From an uncultured Chloroflexia bacterium (GTDB lineage Bacteria; Chloroflexota; Dehalococcoidia; DSTF01; JALHUB01), in contig OY969814.1 of NCBI GenBank assembly GCA_963703345.1, forward strand, positions 1,920,001 to 1,984,000: 64,000 nucleotides of DNA, written 5' to 3'. How positions within the stretch are numbered: the stretch's first letter is position 1; the number at the start of each line of letters is the position of its first letter. Below the pieces are notes generated by a model that did no database searches, had not been told where the DNA came from, and was given only the letters and a program-made list of their open reading frames with translations. Shown here in pieces: positions 1 to 9,452 of the stretch. Made by a program: the position numbers and the translations under genes.

Positions 1-215
1 CGGGTGCAGGGACTCACATTCTTGGAGTGGACGATGGTGCCGGAGCTGTTCAGGAAGTCCACCTGAACGGATGCTGCGACCACATCCACGTTCGAGAGGT
101 TGGTCGCTAGACCAACAAAGTGGTTCGTGTCCCTGTCGAACGTCCCGAAGCGGACGAAGCAACCGGCGGCGAGGATTCCTGTTACCGCGAGGGCGAGGAC
201 CAATAGACGCTTCAT
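1..215 (-). CDS. Lipoprotein, truncated by window edge (MKRLLVLALAVTGILAAGC...), possibly FxLYD-like
   Basis: Not in ORF track. ATG at 215 with GGAGG SD; signal peptide with LAAGC lipobox; frame open to window start. Confidence 0.7.
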   Translation of the reverse strand, partial: MKRLLVLALAVTGILAAGCFVRFGTFDRDTNHFVGLATNLSNVDVVAASVQVDFLNSSGTIVHSKNVSPCT

Positions 216-415
216 TCTTGCCTCCTTTCGACACTTCAACGGATCGCCAAAGCTCGGCGGTCTACATTGATGATAACGCGCGCCGGAGAGGAAAGTTAAC
301 CGGATTTCGACATTTCTTAAGCCGCAATAGCAACCTGCAACGGGCCGCCCCAAAAAGTAAGGCAGGCCGCTAGAGGCGCACTCGGCAGAGCTCGCTACCC
401 AACCACGGTTGAACG

Positions 416-605
416 CCAGCTTCCCACTTATGAAGCCATTACACAGAGCTTCCCCTAGGACTAGTCGCAGTTGCGGCTAATGGCCCATTTTCCAGATGAT
501 AACTTCCGCGTTTTCGCTCGGGGGTGCTGAATCTGTTGCACAGCGCTCAGGCTCAGATGCTTTACACCCAGAAGGTCGCAGGTTCGAGCCCTGCATCGCC
601 CACCA
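416..605 (+). repeat. tRNA-Val-half repeat copy 1 (att-like): conserved flank plus tRNA 3' half at 561-605
   Basis: Colinear with 1721-1910. Ends TTTACAC-CCAGAAGGTCGCAGGTTCGAGCCCTGCATCGCCCACCA (TAC loop, T-arm, acceptor 3' strand, CCA). No 5' half. Confidence 0.9.
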
Positions 606-665
606 AAACCGCTGCCGAGCGGCGCTTCTCGCCCTGGCTAATCACAAGAATGTTTGGCGCCACCC

Positions 666-694
666 TTGACAGGCTGTTGACGTAGGAGTAGTTT
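666..694 (+). promoter_or_regulatory. sigma70-type promoter
   Basis: TTGACA-17 nt-TAGTTT. Confidence 0.55.
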
Positions 695-700
695 GTCAGC

Positions 701-831
701 GCACAGACGAAGGGACCGCCGGTGATTGCTCCACCGACGGCCCCAGTTGCCGAGCCCTGACGCCGCCAGGGTCGACCTGCTCACTCTAGCATGGTGGGCC
801 CCGACCGCGGAAGGGTTGGGGCCTTCTGTTT
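701..831 (+). ncRNA. Structured leader or small RNA ending in an intrinsic terminator
   Basis: Three hairpins; terminator GGCCCCGACC/GGTTGGGGCC followed by TTCTGTTT (797-831). Confidence 0.35.
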
Positions 832-909
832 GGAGGCGGAGCACAGAGAATGGAGCCCAGCGGAAGTGCTTCGATAGCCAGGGCAAAGTAGGAAACAAGG
901 AGGTTCCCC

Positions 910-1233
910 ATGCCACATTACATGGTTCAGGCGGCCTACTCCCAGGCGGCAACGGCCGCGATGGTGAAGAACCCACAGGACCGGGCCGAGGGGCTGCGCC
1001 CGGTAATCGAGCGGCTTGGAGGCAAACTCCTCTCTCTGTACTTCGCTTTCGGTGAATACGATGTCGTGGGAGTGGCGGAGATGCCAGACAACGTTTCCTC
1101 CGCCGCCTTCTCGATAGCCATCTCCGCAGGCGGGGCAGTTAGGGCAGTAAAGACGACGCCTCTAATGACCGTGCAGGAAAGCATCGAGGCTATGCGGAAA
1201 GCGGGTCAAGCTGCTTATCGCCCGCCAGCCTAG
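910..1233 (+). CDS. GYD domain protein
   Basis: AGGAGG SD; LGGKLLSLYFAFGEYDVV motif. Confidence 0.85.
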   Translation: MPHYMVQAAYSQAATAAMVKNPQDRAEGLRPVIERLGGKLLSLYFAFGEYDVVGVAEMPDNVSSAAFSIAISAGGAVRAVKTTPLMTVQESIEAMRKAGQAAYRPPA

Positions 1234-1298
1234 GCGAGTCCTTTCGCCGAAGCCAGCTTCGGCGGTGGTCCCCAGAGCACACAAGGAGGGAACAGCAC

Positions 1299-1598
1299 AT
1301 GTTATGCGTGGCTATCGGGACGCCAGTACGCGGCCTGACTAGGCAGCAGGCACAGGAGTACACAACACTGTTCCGGCAGTGGGCACCCCCTCCCGGATAT
1401 GACATGAAGACGCTGTACTGGGGCTCAGATGGCAGTGTCGTTGTCATAGCCGAAATCACGACATCAGCCGCCAACTACGAGGCGGGGCTGCCTTGGACGA
1501 ACATGGAGTGGAAGCTCATACCGGTTGTCGAGGGAGCCCAAGCGGTGCAAATGCAAGACAAGGTTACTGCCTGGGCGCAGAAGATTCTGGGGAGCTAG
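1299..1598 (+). CDS. Small ferredoxin-like-fold hypothetical protein (DUF3303-like)
   Basis: AGGAGG SD; W-x-PP-x-G motif and terminal PVV; followed by a hairpin. Confidence 0.6.
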   Translation: MLCVAIGTPVRGLTRQQAQEYTTLFRQWAPPPGYDMKTLYWGSDGSVVVIAEITTSAANYEAGLPWTNMEWKLIPVVEGAQAVQMQDKVTAWAQKILGS

Positions 1599-1637
1599 GG
1601 ACAAGTTCCTGTATTGCGGGGGCCGCCGCCGCGCTCT

Positions 1638-1665
1638 GGGGGCCGGTTCCTTCGGGCCGGCCCCC
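1638..1665 (+). terminator. GC-rich hairpin after the DUF3303-like gene
   Basis: GGGGGCCGG...CCGGCCCCC. Confidence 0.45.
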
Positions 1666-1720
1666 GACAGCGGGTGATAGGCGTCGCCTATAGCCTACGG
1701 TCTCAGGCGGTTTCCTAAGA

Positions 1721-1910
1721 CCAGCTTCCTGATTATGAAGCTATTGCGCAGAGCTTTCACTGGGATCAGTCGCACTCGCCCCTGATGGCCCATTTTTCAG
1801 ATGATAGCTTCCGCGTTTTCGCTCAGGGATGCTGATTTTGTTGCACAGCGCTCAGGCCTGGCTGCTTTACACCCAGAAGGCTGCAGGTTCGAGCCCTGCA
1901 TCGCCCACCA
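1721..1910 (+). repeat. tRNA-Val-half repeat copy 2
   Basis: 190-bp diverged colinear copy of 416-605; tRNA 3' half at 1866-1910. Confidence 0.9.
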
Positions 1911-2063
1911 TAGCCCTCAAGCACATTCGCTTTCCGCGTTTTCTGTCACTGACGTCGCAACGTCGTTAACCAATCGCCCCGCCATGCGTTATCAATAACG
2001 TCGCACATCCTCCTCACGCTCGCATCGGAACCAGCGCCATGATTCGATAAGAGGCGAAACACG

Positions 2064-3230
2064 ATGTATAGGCTTCTGCTCCTAGGCGTTGTTCTTGGAT
2101 GCCTGCCATTGTCTTCCACAGCTACTCAGGCCAGCGCCAATACGTTCATTCAGGTCAGCGCCGGCGCCTATCACACCTGCGCAGTAAGGACGGACAGTAC
2201 ACTGGCCTGCTGGGGAAGCAACTACGACTATCACGGGCTTTGGATCGGGCAGGCGACGCCACCCACCGGCACCTTCAGCCAAGTCAGCGCTGGCGGTTAT
2301 CACACTTGCGGCGTAAGGACGGACGGTACCCTTGCCTGCTGGGGCGACAACAACTATCAAGAGGCGACGCCACCCAGCGGCACCTTCAGCCAGGTCAGCG
2401 CGGGCTTCCAATATACGTGCGGCGTCAGGACGGACGGCAGGCTAGCGTGCTGGGGAGCCCCTTCCGAGGACTACGGGCAAGTGACACCACCAAGCGGCAC
2501 TTTCGGCCAGGTCAGTGCGGGCGGCTTTAGCACGTGCGGGCTGAGGACCGACGGCACCGTCGCCTGCTGGGGGAGGAGTGGGGAGGTTGGGACTCCGCCC
2601 TCCGGCACCTTCAGCCAGATCAGTCAGACCAGCACGCGCACTTGCGGCGTGAAGACGGACGGCACGCTGGCCTGCTGGGGCGAGTACGGCCAGCTTGAGA
2701 CGCTACCCGCCGGCACTTTCACGCAGGTCAGCGTGGGAGGCTTTCACACGTGTGGACTGAAGGCCGACGGCACGATCGTTTGCTGGGGAGGAAACTCCCA
2801 GGGCCAGGCGACACCACCCGCCGGAACCTTCAGCCAGGTGAGCGCAGGCGGTTATCACACCTGCGCCGTAAAGACAGACGGTACCATGGCCTGCTGGGGC
2901 AGCAACTACGATGTCAAGGGGATCCGCACGGGGACCCAGTACTTCGGGCAGGCGACACCGCCTACGTCCGAAGCCACCCCAACCACCACGCCGGTGTCAA
3001 CATACGCGCCGACCCCAACCGAGGCCTACTCACCTTCACCGACAGAGACACCCACCCTCACGGGTTCGCCCGAGGCTCCTGGCACAGTGAGCCCCCCGTT
3101 CACAGGAATCGCCCACCGTTCTCGGGCACCGTCGGCGGCCTGGGCGATAGCGATCTGCACAGCAGCCGTTGGTGGCACGATGCTGCTGGCTGGCGGGCTG
3201 TACGCCAGGAGGCGTTGGGGAACCCGGTAA
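2064..3230 (+). CDS. Secreted RCC1-repeat (beta-propeller) surface protein with C-terminal sorting signal
   Basis: Signal peptide; about 7 repeats of FSQVSAGGYHTCGVRTDGTLACWG; Thr/Pro linker; PPFTG, TM helix, RRRW tail. Confidence 0.85.
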   Translation: MYRLLLLGVVLGCLPLSSTATQASANTFIQVSAGAYHTCAVRTDSTLACWGSNYDYHGLWIGQATPPTGTFSQVSAGGYHTCGVRTDGTLACWGDNNYQEATPPSGTFSQVSAGFQYTCGVRTDGRLACWGAPSEDYGQVTPPSGTFGQVSAGGFSTCGLRTDGTVACWGRSGEVGTPPSGTFSQISQTSTRTCGVKTDGTLACWGEYGQLETLPAGTFTQVSVGGFHTCGLKADGTIVCWGGNSQGQATPPAGTFSQVSAGGYHTCAVKTDGTMACWGSNYDVKGIRTGTQYFGQATPPTSEATPTTTPVSTYAPTPTEAYSPSPTETPTLTGSPEAPGTVSPPFTGIAHRSRAPSAAWAIAICTAAVGGTMLLAGGLYARRRWGTR

Positions 3231-3272
3231 GGTTCGCGACAGAAGCCCCAATCAATACCATCAGCCGAGCCG

Positions 3273-3381
3273 CGCAGAATAGGGCACTGGGCACTAATCG
3301 CAATCGCGCATATTGGCCCAATTTCCAGATGATAACTTCCGCGTTTTCGCTCGGGGGTCCTGAATCTGATGCACAGCGCTC
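3273..3381 (+). repeat. Truncated repeat copy 3 (flank only, no tRNA half)
   Basis: Contains TTCCAGATGATAACTTCCGCGTTTTCGCTCGGGGGT...GCACAGCGCTC. Confidence 0.85.
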
Positions 3382-3587
3382 GTTCGAATACCGAGGCGCG
3401 GGCCATTGCCTCAGCGGAGCGGAGCCTGCGGTTTTGGCAACGGGGGACAGACACTAAGTGTGGATGGTGACGGTTCGCCCCCTCTGCTCGCTTGACATTC
3501 GCCGCTCCCTGCGTATCATGGCGAACGAAAGCCAATTTCCCCGCACAATCGTATTCGACGTGCCCACGCAGGTTCGAGGGAGCGAGC

Positions 3588-6500
3588 ATGGCGCAGGTTG
3601 TCATTGAGAACCCCGTCCTCAACTCACCTTACCGGGAGCCACAGCGCCACTTCCAGTTCGCCGACGAGGGTATAACCGACGAGATCGTCGAGGCGCGGCG
3701 GCCCAGCTCGTACTTCGTCCCCATACCTGCGCCCAAGAAGAAGGGCAAGCAACTCGCCTTCGACACGGAATGGACGAAGGACCGTGTCGAAGAAAACGAG
3801 TTCATCAACCAGGTACGGGAGCGCGTGGCCCGCTGGCGACAGGGCGGCTACGTCGGCATCACCAAGACAACACGCCAGCTTCTCGACTACTGGCAGCGGG
3901 GAGACCGCGAGAAGAAGCTATTCTTCTGCCAAGTCGAGGCGCTGGAAACCGCCATCTTTCTGACGGAGGTCGCCTCTAAGTACGGCGACGCCTGGATCGA
4001 CAACAAGCTGCGTGACGAGAACAAGCGCGCCAACTCCATACTGAACCGCATCGCCTTCAAGATGGCGACCGCCGCCGGCAAGACCGTCGTCATGGCGATG
4101 CTCATCTCTTGGCAGGCCCTCAACAAGCTCCGCGACCCCCAGGACGCCCGATTCTCCGACGCGTTCCTCATCGTCACGCCGGGCATCACCATTCGCGACC
4201 GCCTCCGCGTCCTGCTGCCCAACGACCCGAACAACTACTACCGGGAGCGCGACGTCCTGCCGGCGGAGTGGCTGGAAGAGCTTGGCCGCGCCAAGATCGT
4301 TATCACCAACTTCCACGCCTTCCTCTTGCATGAGCGCGGCGAGGCCGGAAAGGTCACCAAGAGCATTCTCAAGGGCAACCAGGAGGAGAGCGCCTTCACC
4401 GAGACCCCCGCCCAAATGGTTCGCCGTGCCTGCCGTGACCTCGGAAGCAAAAAGAACATCGTCGTCATCAACGACGAAGCGCATCATTGCTATCGCCGCA
4501 AGGCCGACGGCGACGACGTGAAGTTAACCGGCGACGAGCGCAAGGAAGCGGAGAGACGCGAAGAGGAGGCCCGCGTCTGGATTTCCGGTCTGGAGGCGGT
4601 CAAGGACAAGATCGGGGTCAAGGTGGTGTACGACCTCTCGGCCACGCCCTTCTTCCTCCGCGGCTCCGGCTACCCCGAGGGCACGCTCTTCCCCTGGGTC
4701 GTCTCCGACTTCTCGCTCATCGACGCCATCGAGTCCGGCATCGTGAAGGTGCCACGGGTGCCTGTGGCCGACGACTCGATGTCCGGCGACCAGCCGACCT
4801 ACCGCGACCTCTGGATACGCATTCGCGAGGAACTGCCCAAGAAAGGACGCAAGACGGACGCCGTCAGCGGCGAGCCCAAGCTCCCGGTCGAGTTAGAGGG
4901 CGCCCTCCATAGCCTGTACGGAAACTACGAGAAGTCCTACCGGCTCTGGGAGCAGAACGCGGAGGCCCGCGCCCGCGACCAGACGCCGCCGGTCTTCATC
5001 GTCGTCTGCAACAACACCAACGTCTCCAAGCTGGTGTTCGACTACGTCGCCGGCTGGGAGAAGACGCTCCCCGACGGCTCGAACGCCATCGTCCCCGGCG
5101 CGCTGCCAGTCTTCAGCAACGAGCAGAACGGAGGCTGGAGCGCCCGGCCCAACACCATCCTCGTCGACAGCTCCCAACTCGAATCCGGCGAGGCGATGAG
5201 CGCCGACTTCAAGAAGATCGCTGCCGCTGAGATTGAAAAGTTCAAATGGGAATACCGGCAGCGCACGGGCCGGGACGCTGAAGGGCTCACCGACGAGGAT
5301 CTACTGCGCGAGGTGATGAACACTGTTGGCAAGCAGGGCAAGCTGGGCGAGAACGTCAAGTGCGTCGTCTCCGTCTCCATGCTCACCGAGGGCTGGGACG
5401 CCAACACCGTCACTCACATCCTGGGCGTGCGCGCCTTCGGGACGCAGCTACTGTGCGAGCAGGTGGTGGGTCGTGGCCTGCGGCGGACGAGCTACGCCAC
5501 GGAGCGCCGCACGGTCGCTGTGAATGGCAGTACGGTGGAGATCGAGGCGTTCGCCCCGGAATACGCCGAGGTCTACGGCGTGCCCTTCTCGTTCATCCCC
5601 TGCTCCGGTTCCCGTGCCGACCCCAAGCCCGGCCCGATGCCCACTCGCGTGCGCGCCCTCGAAGACCGCATCGCCTGCGAGATCACCTTCCCCCGCCTCG
5701 TCGGCTACCGCTACGACCTGCCGGGCGAGCGGCTGACGGCGACATTCAGCGACGCGTCGAAACTCGCCCTCTCGACCGCCGACATCCCAACGAAGACACA
5801 CCTGGAACCGATCTTCGGAGAAGGCAGCACCCACACGCTCGACGAGCTCAAGCGGCGTCGCGAGCAAGAGGTTGCGTTCCTGCTGGCCAAGCTAACGCTG
5901 GAGCAGTACTTCCGTGATGACGACGGCAACGTCAAGCAGTACCTCTTCCCCCAGGTGCTGGGGATCGCCAACCGCTGGCTGCGCGAGTGCGTCGTCCTCA
6001 AAGACAACACCTTCCCCCAGCTCCTGCTCCTCGCCGAGTTCGCGCACGACGCCGCCGACCGTATCTATCGCTCCATCGTCGCCTCCGCCGGTGGCGAGAA
6101 GGCGCTGAAGCCGATCATGCGTCCCTACGACCCGGTGGGCTCCACGCGCTACGTCGACTTCGACACCACGAAGGCGGTGTATCCAACACGTCCGGACAAA
6201 TGTCACGTCAGCCATGTTGTGGCGGACACTGAATCCTGGGAGCAGAAGATGGCCCAGGCCCTCGAAGAGATGGATGAGGTACTGCGCTACGTGAAGAACC
6301 AGAGTCTCGGCTTCACCATCCCCTACACGCTGAACGGCGAGGAGAGAGGCTACATTCCGGACTACATTGTGGTCATCGACGACGGCCACGACGACTCGCT
6401 GAACCTGATCGTTGAGGTTACCGGCGAGGCGAAGAAAGACAAGGCGGCGAAGGCAGAGACCGCCCGCACCCTCTGGGTGCCCGCCGTCAACAACCACGGC

Positions 6501-6593
6501 GGCTTCGGGCGATGGGCCTTCATTGAGGTTACCGACCCCTGGGACGCCCAGAACACCATTCGCGCAATGCTGCGGAAGCTATCGCAGGAGTAG
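3588..6593 (+). CDS. res: Type III restriction enzyme Res subunit (SF2 helicase plus nuclease)
   Basis: MATAAGKT, NDEAHH, LSATP, MLTEGWD, QVVGRGLR; C-terminal YIPD...IVEVTG nuclease; GAGGGAG SD before ATG 3588. Confidence 0.9.
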   Translation: MAQVVIENPVLNSPYREPQRHFQFADEGITDEIVEARRPSSYFVPIPAPKKKGKQLAFDTEWTKDRVEENEFINQVRERVARWRQGGYVGITKTTRQLLDYWQRGDREKKLFFCQVEALETAIFLTEVASKYGDAWIDNKLRDENKRANSILNRIAFKMATAAGKTVVMAMLISWQALNKLRDPQDARFSDAFLIVTPGITIRDRLRVLLPNDPNNYYRERDVLPAEWLEELGRAKIVITNFHAFLLHERGEAGKVTKSILKGNQEESAFTETPAQMVRRACRDLGSKKNIVVINDEAHHCYRRKADGDDVKLTGDERKEAERREEEARVWISGLEAVKDKIGVKVVYDLSATPFFLRGSGYPEGTLFPWVVSDFSLIDAIESGIVKVPRVPVADDSMSGDQPTYRDLWIRIREELPKKGRKTDAVSGEPKLPVELEGALHSLYGNYEKSYRLWEQNAEARARDQTPPVFIVVCNNTNVSKLVFDYVAGWEKTLPDGSNAIVPGALPVFSNEQNGGWSARPNTILVDSSQLESGEAMSADFKKIAAAEIEKFKWEYRQRTGRDAEGLTDEDLLREVMNTVGKQGKLGENVKCVVSVSMLTEGWDANTVTHILGVRAFGTQLLCEQVVGRGLRRTSYATERRTVAVNGSTVEIEAFAPEYAEVYGVPFSFIPCSGSRADPKPGPMPTRVRALEDRIACEITFPRLVGYRYDLPGERLTATFSDASKLALSTADIPTKTHLEPIFGEGSTHTLDELKRRREQEVAFLLAKLTLEQYFRDDDGNVKQYLFPQVLGIANRWLRECVVLKDNTFPQLLLLAEFAHDAADRIYRSIVASAGGEKALKPIMRPYDPVGSTRYVDFDTTKAVYPTRPDKCHVSHVVADTESWEQKMAQALEEMDEVLRYVKNQSLGFTIPYTLNGEERGYIPDYIVVIDDGHDDSLNLIVEVTGEAKKDKAAKAETARTLWVPAVNNHGGFGRWAFIEVTDPWDAQNTIRAMLRKLSQE

Positions 6594-6597
6594 ATCA

Positions 6598-9450
6598 ATG
6601 GCACAGAAGAAGGCGAGCGGCAAGTCCGTCCCCGTCGACGCGACGCGACACAGGGACAAACGCAAGAACATCCCCACCGAGGAGCTGCGAGACTTCGTCG
6701 CTGAGGACGAGGCGCAGCCCCAGAAGATGCTTTACCCCCGCGACCCGTCGCTCGACCCGCAGCTCGTCTGGAAAGGCAAGGACGAGCAGGACCAGCAGGA
6801 CCTGGAAGTGCCCGTCGTGCCCGTCTACATCCAGGAGAAGATCAGCCCCCAGGCCATCGTGGAGGAGGTGCGGGCGCAGGCGCGCAAGGAGCGGCCGGAA
6901 GCGCAGCTCAACCTCTTCGCCGACTTCAACGGCATCGCCTTTGAGGAGATGGTCGACTTCTACCACCACGAGCAGAACTGGTCGAACCGCATGATCCTGG
7001 GCGACTCCCTCCTCGTCATGACCTCGCTGGCGGAGAAGGAAGGACTGAAGGGCAAGGTCCAGACGGTCTACGTCGACCCGCCCTACGGCATCAAGTTCGG
7101 CTCCAACTGGCAGGTGAGCACCCGCAAGCGCGACGTTAAGGATGGCAAGGTGGATGATGCCACCCGCCAGCCGGAGCAGATAAAGGCCTTCCGCGACACC
7201 TGGGAGCTGGGCATCCATTCCTACCTGGCCTACCTGCGCGACCGGCTGGTGGCGGCGCGAGAGCTGCTGACGGAGACGGGCAGCGTGTTTGTCCAGATAG
7301 GCGACGAGAACGTGCACCTGGTGCGCTGCCTAATGGATGAGGTCTTCGGCAGCGAGAACTTCTGCCTGCTCGTTTCGTTCGCAAAGACCGGAGGCCAAAG
7401 CAATGACCTCTTGTCGGTCGTCGGTGACTACTTGATCTGGTATGCGAAGGATCGGGCTACAGTGAAATTCCGCCAGCCGTACCTGAACAAGAGCGGCGCG
7501 ATCGGAGGAACCCAGGGGTACGATTGGATCGAATTGAAGACCGGCGAACGCCGGCGCATGTCGAGGGAGGAGAAAGAGAACCCTTCGTTGGTTGAGGAGT
7601 TGGGGGCACGGGTCTTCATGGCTGCTGACCTAACTTCTGCCGAAGATCGCCCATCCACTACGGTTAAATTCTGTTTTGAGGGGCGAGATTACTATCCGGG
7701 GGCCAACAGACACTGGCGAGTCCTTCCCTCATTCCTTCAGACTCTCGCGTCCCAGGAACGGTTGTTGGCTCTGGGGAACACGCTCAGGTTTGTGCAGTAC
7801 CTCGACGATTTCCCTGTTTCCGCGCTGTCGAACAATTGGGGGGATACCGGCATTGCTGGCTTCACGTCTGACAAAATCTACACCGTACAGACAAATACGA
7901 AGGTCATCGAGCGTTGCGTCGTTATGACCACCGACCCAGGCGATCTAATCCTCGATCCCACCTGCGGCAGCGGCACCACCGCCTACGTCGCGGAGCAGTG
8001 GGGCCGCCGCTGGATCACCATCGATACCTCCCGCGTCGCCCTAGCCCTCGCCCGCACCCGGCTCATGTCCGCCCGCTTCCCCTACTTCGTCCTGGCGGAC
8101 TCGCCGGGAGGGGTCGCGAAAGAGGCGGAAGTCGCCGGAGCGTCGCCGGCGGCCTTCGGCGGCGCGCAGACGGCGGGGGACATCAAGAAGGGGTTCGTCT
8201 ACGAGCGCGTCCCCCACGTAACCCTCAAGTCCATCGCCAACAACGAGGAGATCGACGCCATCCACGCCCGCCGGCAGGAGCAGATCGAGCCGGTGCGGCA
8301 GCGCCTCAACGCCGCCCTCAAGCAGACCTGGGAGGACTGGCAGGTGCCGCGGGAGGAGTCGCCGCAGTGGCCGGCGGAGGCGAAGCGACTGCACGAGGAG
8401 TTCTGGCGGCTGCGTCGCGAGCGCCAGCAGGAGATCGACGCCTCGATAGCCCGCAATGCCGACGTCGAGTTGCTCTACGACCAGCCCTATGAGGACAACA
8501 AGCGGGTGCGCGTCACCGGCCCGTTCACGGTCGAGAGCCTGTCGCCGCATCGCGTCCTGTCGGCCGAGGCGGAGCGGCCGCAGAGCGAGCAGGAGGCGCA
8601 GCGGGAGGCAACGAACGGCCAGTTCGAGACGATGATCATCGAGAACCTGCGCAAGGCGGGCGTCCAGAACATGCGCCGCAACGAGCGGCTCAAGTTCGAC
8701 CGGCTGGAGCCCTACGCCGGCCTCTGGCTCCAGGGCGCCGGCGAGTATACCGACAAGGGTGGCATGAGCCGTCGCGTCGCCGTGTCCCTCGGGCCGGAGC
8801 ACGGGACGGTCGGGCCGGAGCAGGTGAAGGAGGCGGCGAAGGAGGCCCTGCGCGGCGCCGGCTTCGACCTGCTGGTGGTCTGCGGCCTGGCGTTCGACGC
8901 CCACGCCGGGGAGACGGCGAAGGAGTTCTCGCCCCAGTCGAAGCGGGCGGAGGGCTTCGCCATCGCCGAGGAGACAAAACAGTACGGCAAGCTACCCGTC
9001 ATGCTGGCGCGCATCAACGCCGACCTGACGATGGGCGACGAGGTGCTGAAGAAGACGGGCGCCGGTAACCTGTTCATGGTCTTCGGCGAGCCGGACATCG
9101 CGATCAGCGAGGTCGAGGGTGGCAAGCTGGTCGCCGAGGTGCGCGGCGTTGACGTGTACGACCCGACGACGGGGGAGATACGCTCCAGCTCGACGGACGA
9201 CATCGCCTGCTGGTTCATCGACACCAACTACAACGGCGAGAGCTTCTTCGTCCGCCACGCCTATTTCACGGGCGCCGAGGAGCCGTACGACAAGCTGAAG
9301 CGCGCCCTTCGCGCCGAGATCGACGAGTCGGCGTGGTCGGCGCTCTACCAGACGCGCAGCTACCCCTTCGAGCGGCCGGAGACGGGGAAGATCGCGGTCA
9401 AGGTCATCAACCACTACGGCGACGAGGTGCTAAAGGTCTACGAGGTGTAG
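6598..9450 (+). CDS. mod: Type III R-M Mod subunit, N6-adenine DNA methyltransferase
   Basis: DPPY motif IV before DPTCGSGTT motif I (beta class); KIAVKVINHYGDE C-terminus; starts 4 nt after res. Confidence 0.9.
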   Translation: MAQKKASGKSVPVDATRHRDKRKNIPTEELRDFVAEDEAQPQKMLYPRDPSLDPQLVWKGKDEQDQQDLEVPVVPVYIQEKISPQAIVEEVRAQARKERPEAQLNLFADFNGIAFEEMVDFYHHEQNWSNRMILGDSLLVMTSLAEKEGLKGKVQTVYVDPPYGIKFGSNWQVSTRKRDVKDGKVDDATRQPEQIKAFRDTWELGIHSYLAYLRDRLVAARELLTETGSVFVQIGDENVHLVRCLMDEVFGSENFCLLVSFAKTGGQSNDLLSVVGDYLIWYAKDRATVKFRQPYLNKSGAIGGTQGYDWIELKTGERRRMSREEKENPSLVEELGARVFMAADLTSAEDRPSTTVKFCFEGRDYYPGANRHWRVLPSFLQTLASQERLLALGNTLRFVQYLDDFPVSALSNNWGDTGIAGFTSDKIYTVQTNTKVIERCVVMTTDPGDLILDPTCGSGTTAYVAEQWGRRWITIDTSRVALALARTRLMSARFPYFVLADSPGGVAKEAEVAGASPAAFGGAQTAGDIKKGFVYERVPHVTLKSIANNEEIDAIHARRQEQIEPVRQRLNAALKQTWEDWQVPREESPQWPAEAKRLHEEFWRLRRERQQEIDASIARNADVELLYDQPYEDNKRVRVTGPFTVESLSPHRVLSAEAERPQSEQEAQREATNGQFETMIIENLRKAGVQNMRRNERLKFDRLEPYAGLWLQGAGEYTDKGGMSRRVAVSLGPEHGTVGPEQVKEAAKEALRGAGFDLLVVCGLAFDAHAGETAKEFSPQSKRAEGFAIAEETKQYGKLPVMLARINADLTMGDEVLKKTGAGNLFMVFGEPDIAISEVEGGKLVAEVRGVDVYDPTTGEIRSSSTDDIACWFIDTNYNGESFFVRHAYFTGAEEPYDKLKRALRAEIDESAWSALYQTRSYPFERPETGKIAVKVINHYGDEVLKVYEV

Positions 9451-9452
9451 GC

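Noticed and set aside
499-506. loxP-like ATAACTTC in the repeat
   Set aside because: Only 8 bp, no inverted partner arm, and altered in copy 2
520-605. Functional tRNA-Val genes at the repeat copies
   Set aside because: No GGGCGAT 5' acceptor strand and the anticodon stem cannot pair (GATGC versus CCAGA); only 3' halves are present
2140-2960. Tandem DNA repeats
   Set aside because: Explained by coding RCC1 repeats
416-3381. CRISPR array
   Set aside because: Repeats are ~190 bp with kb-scale gene-containing spacers; no cas genes
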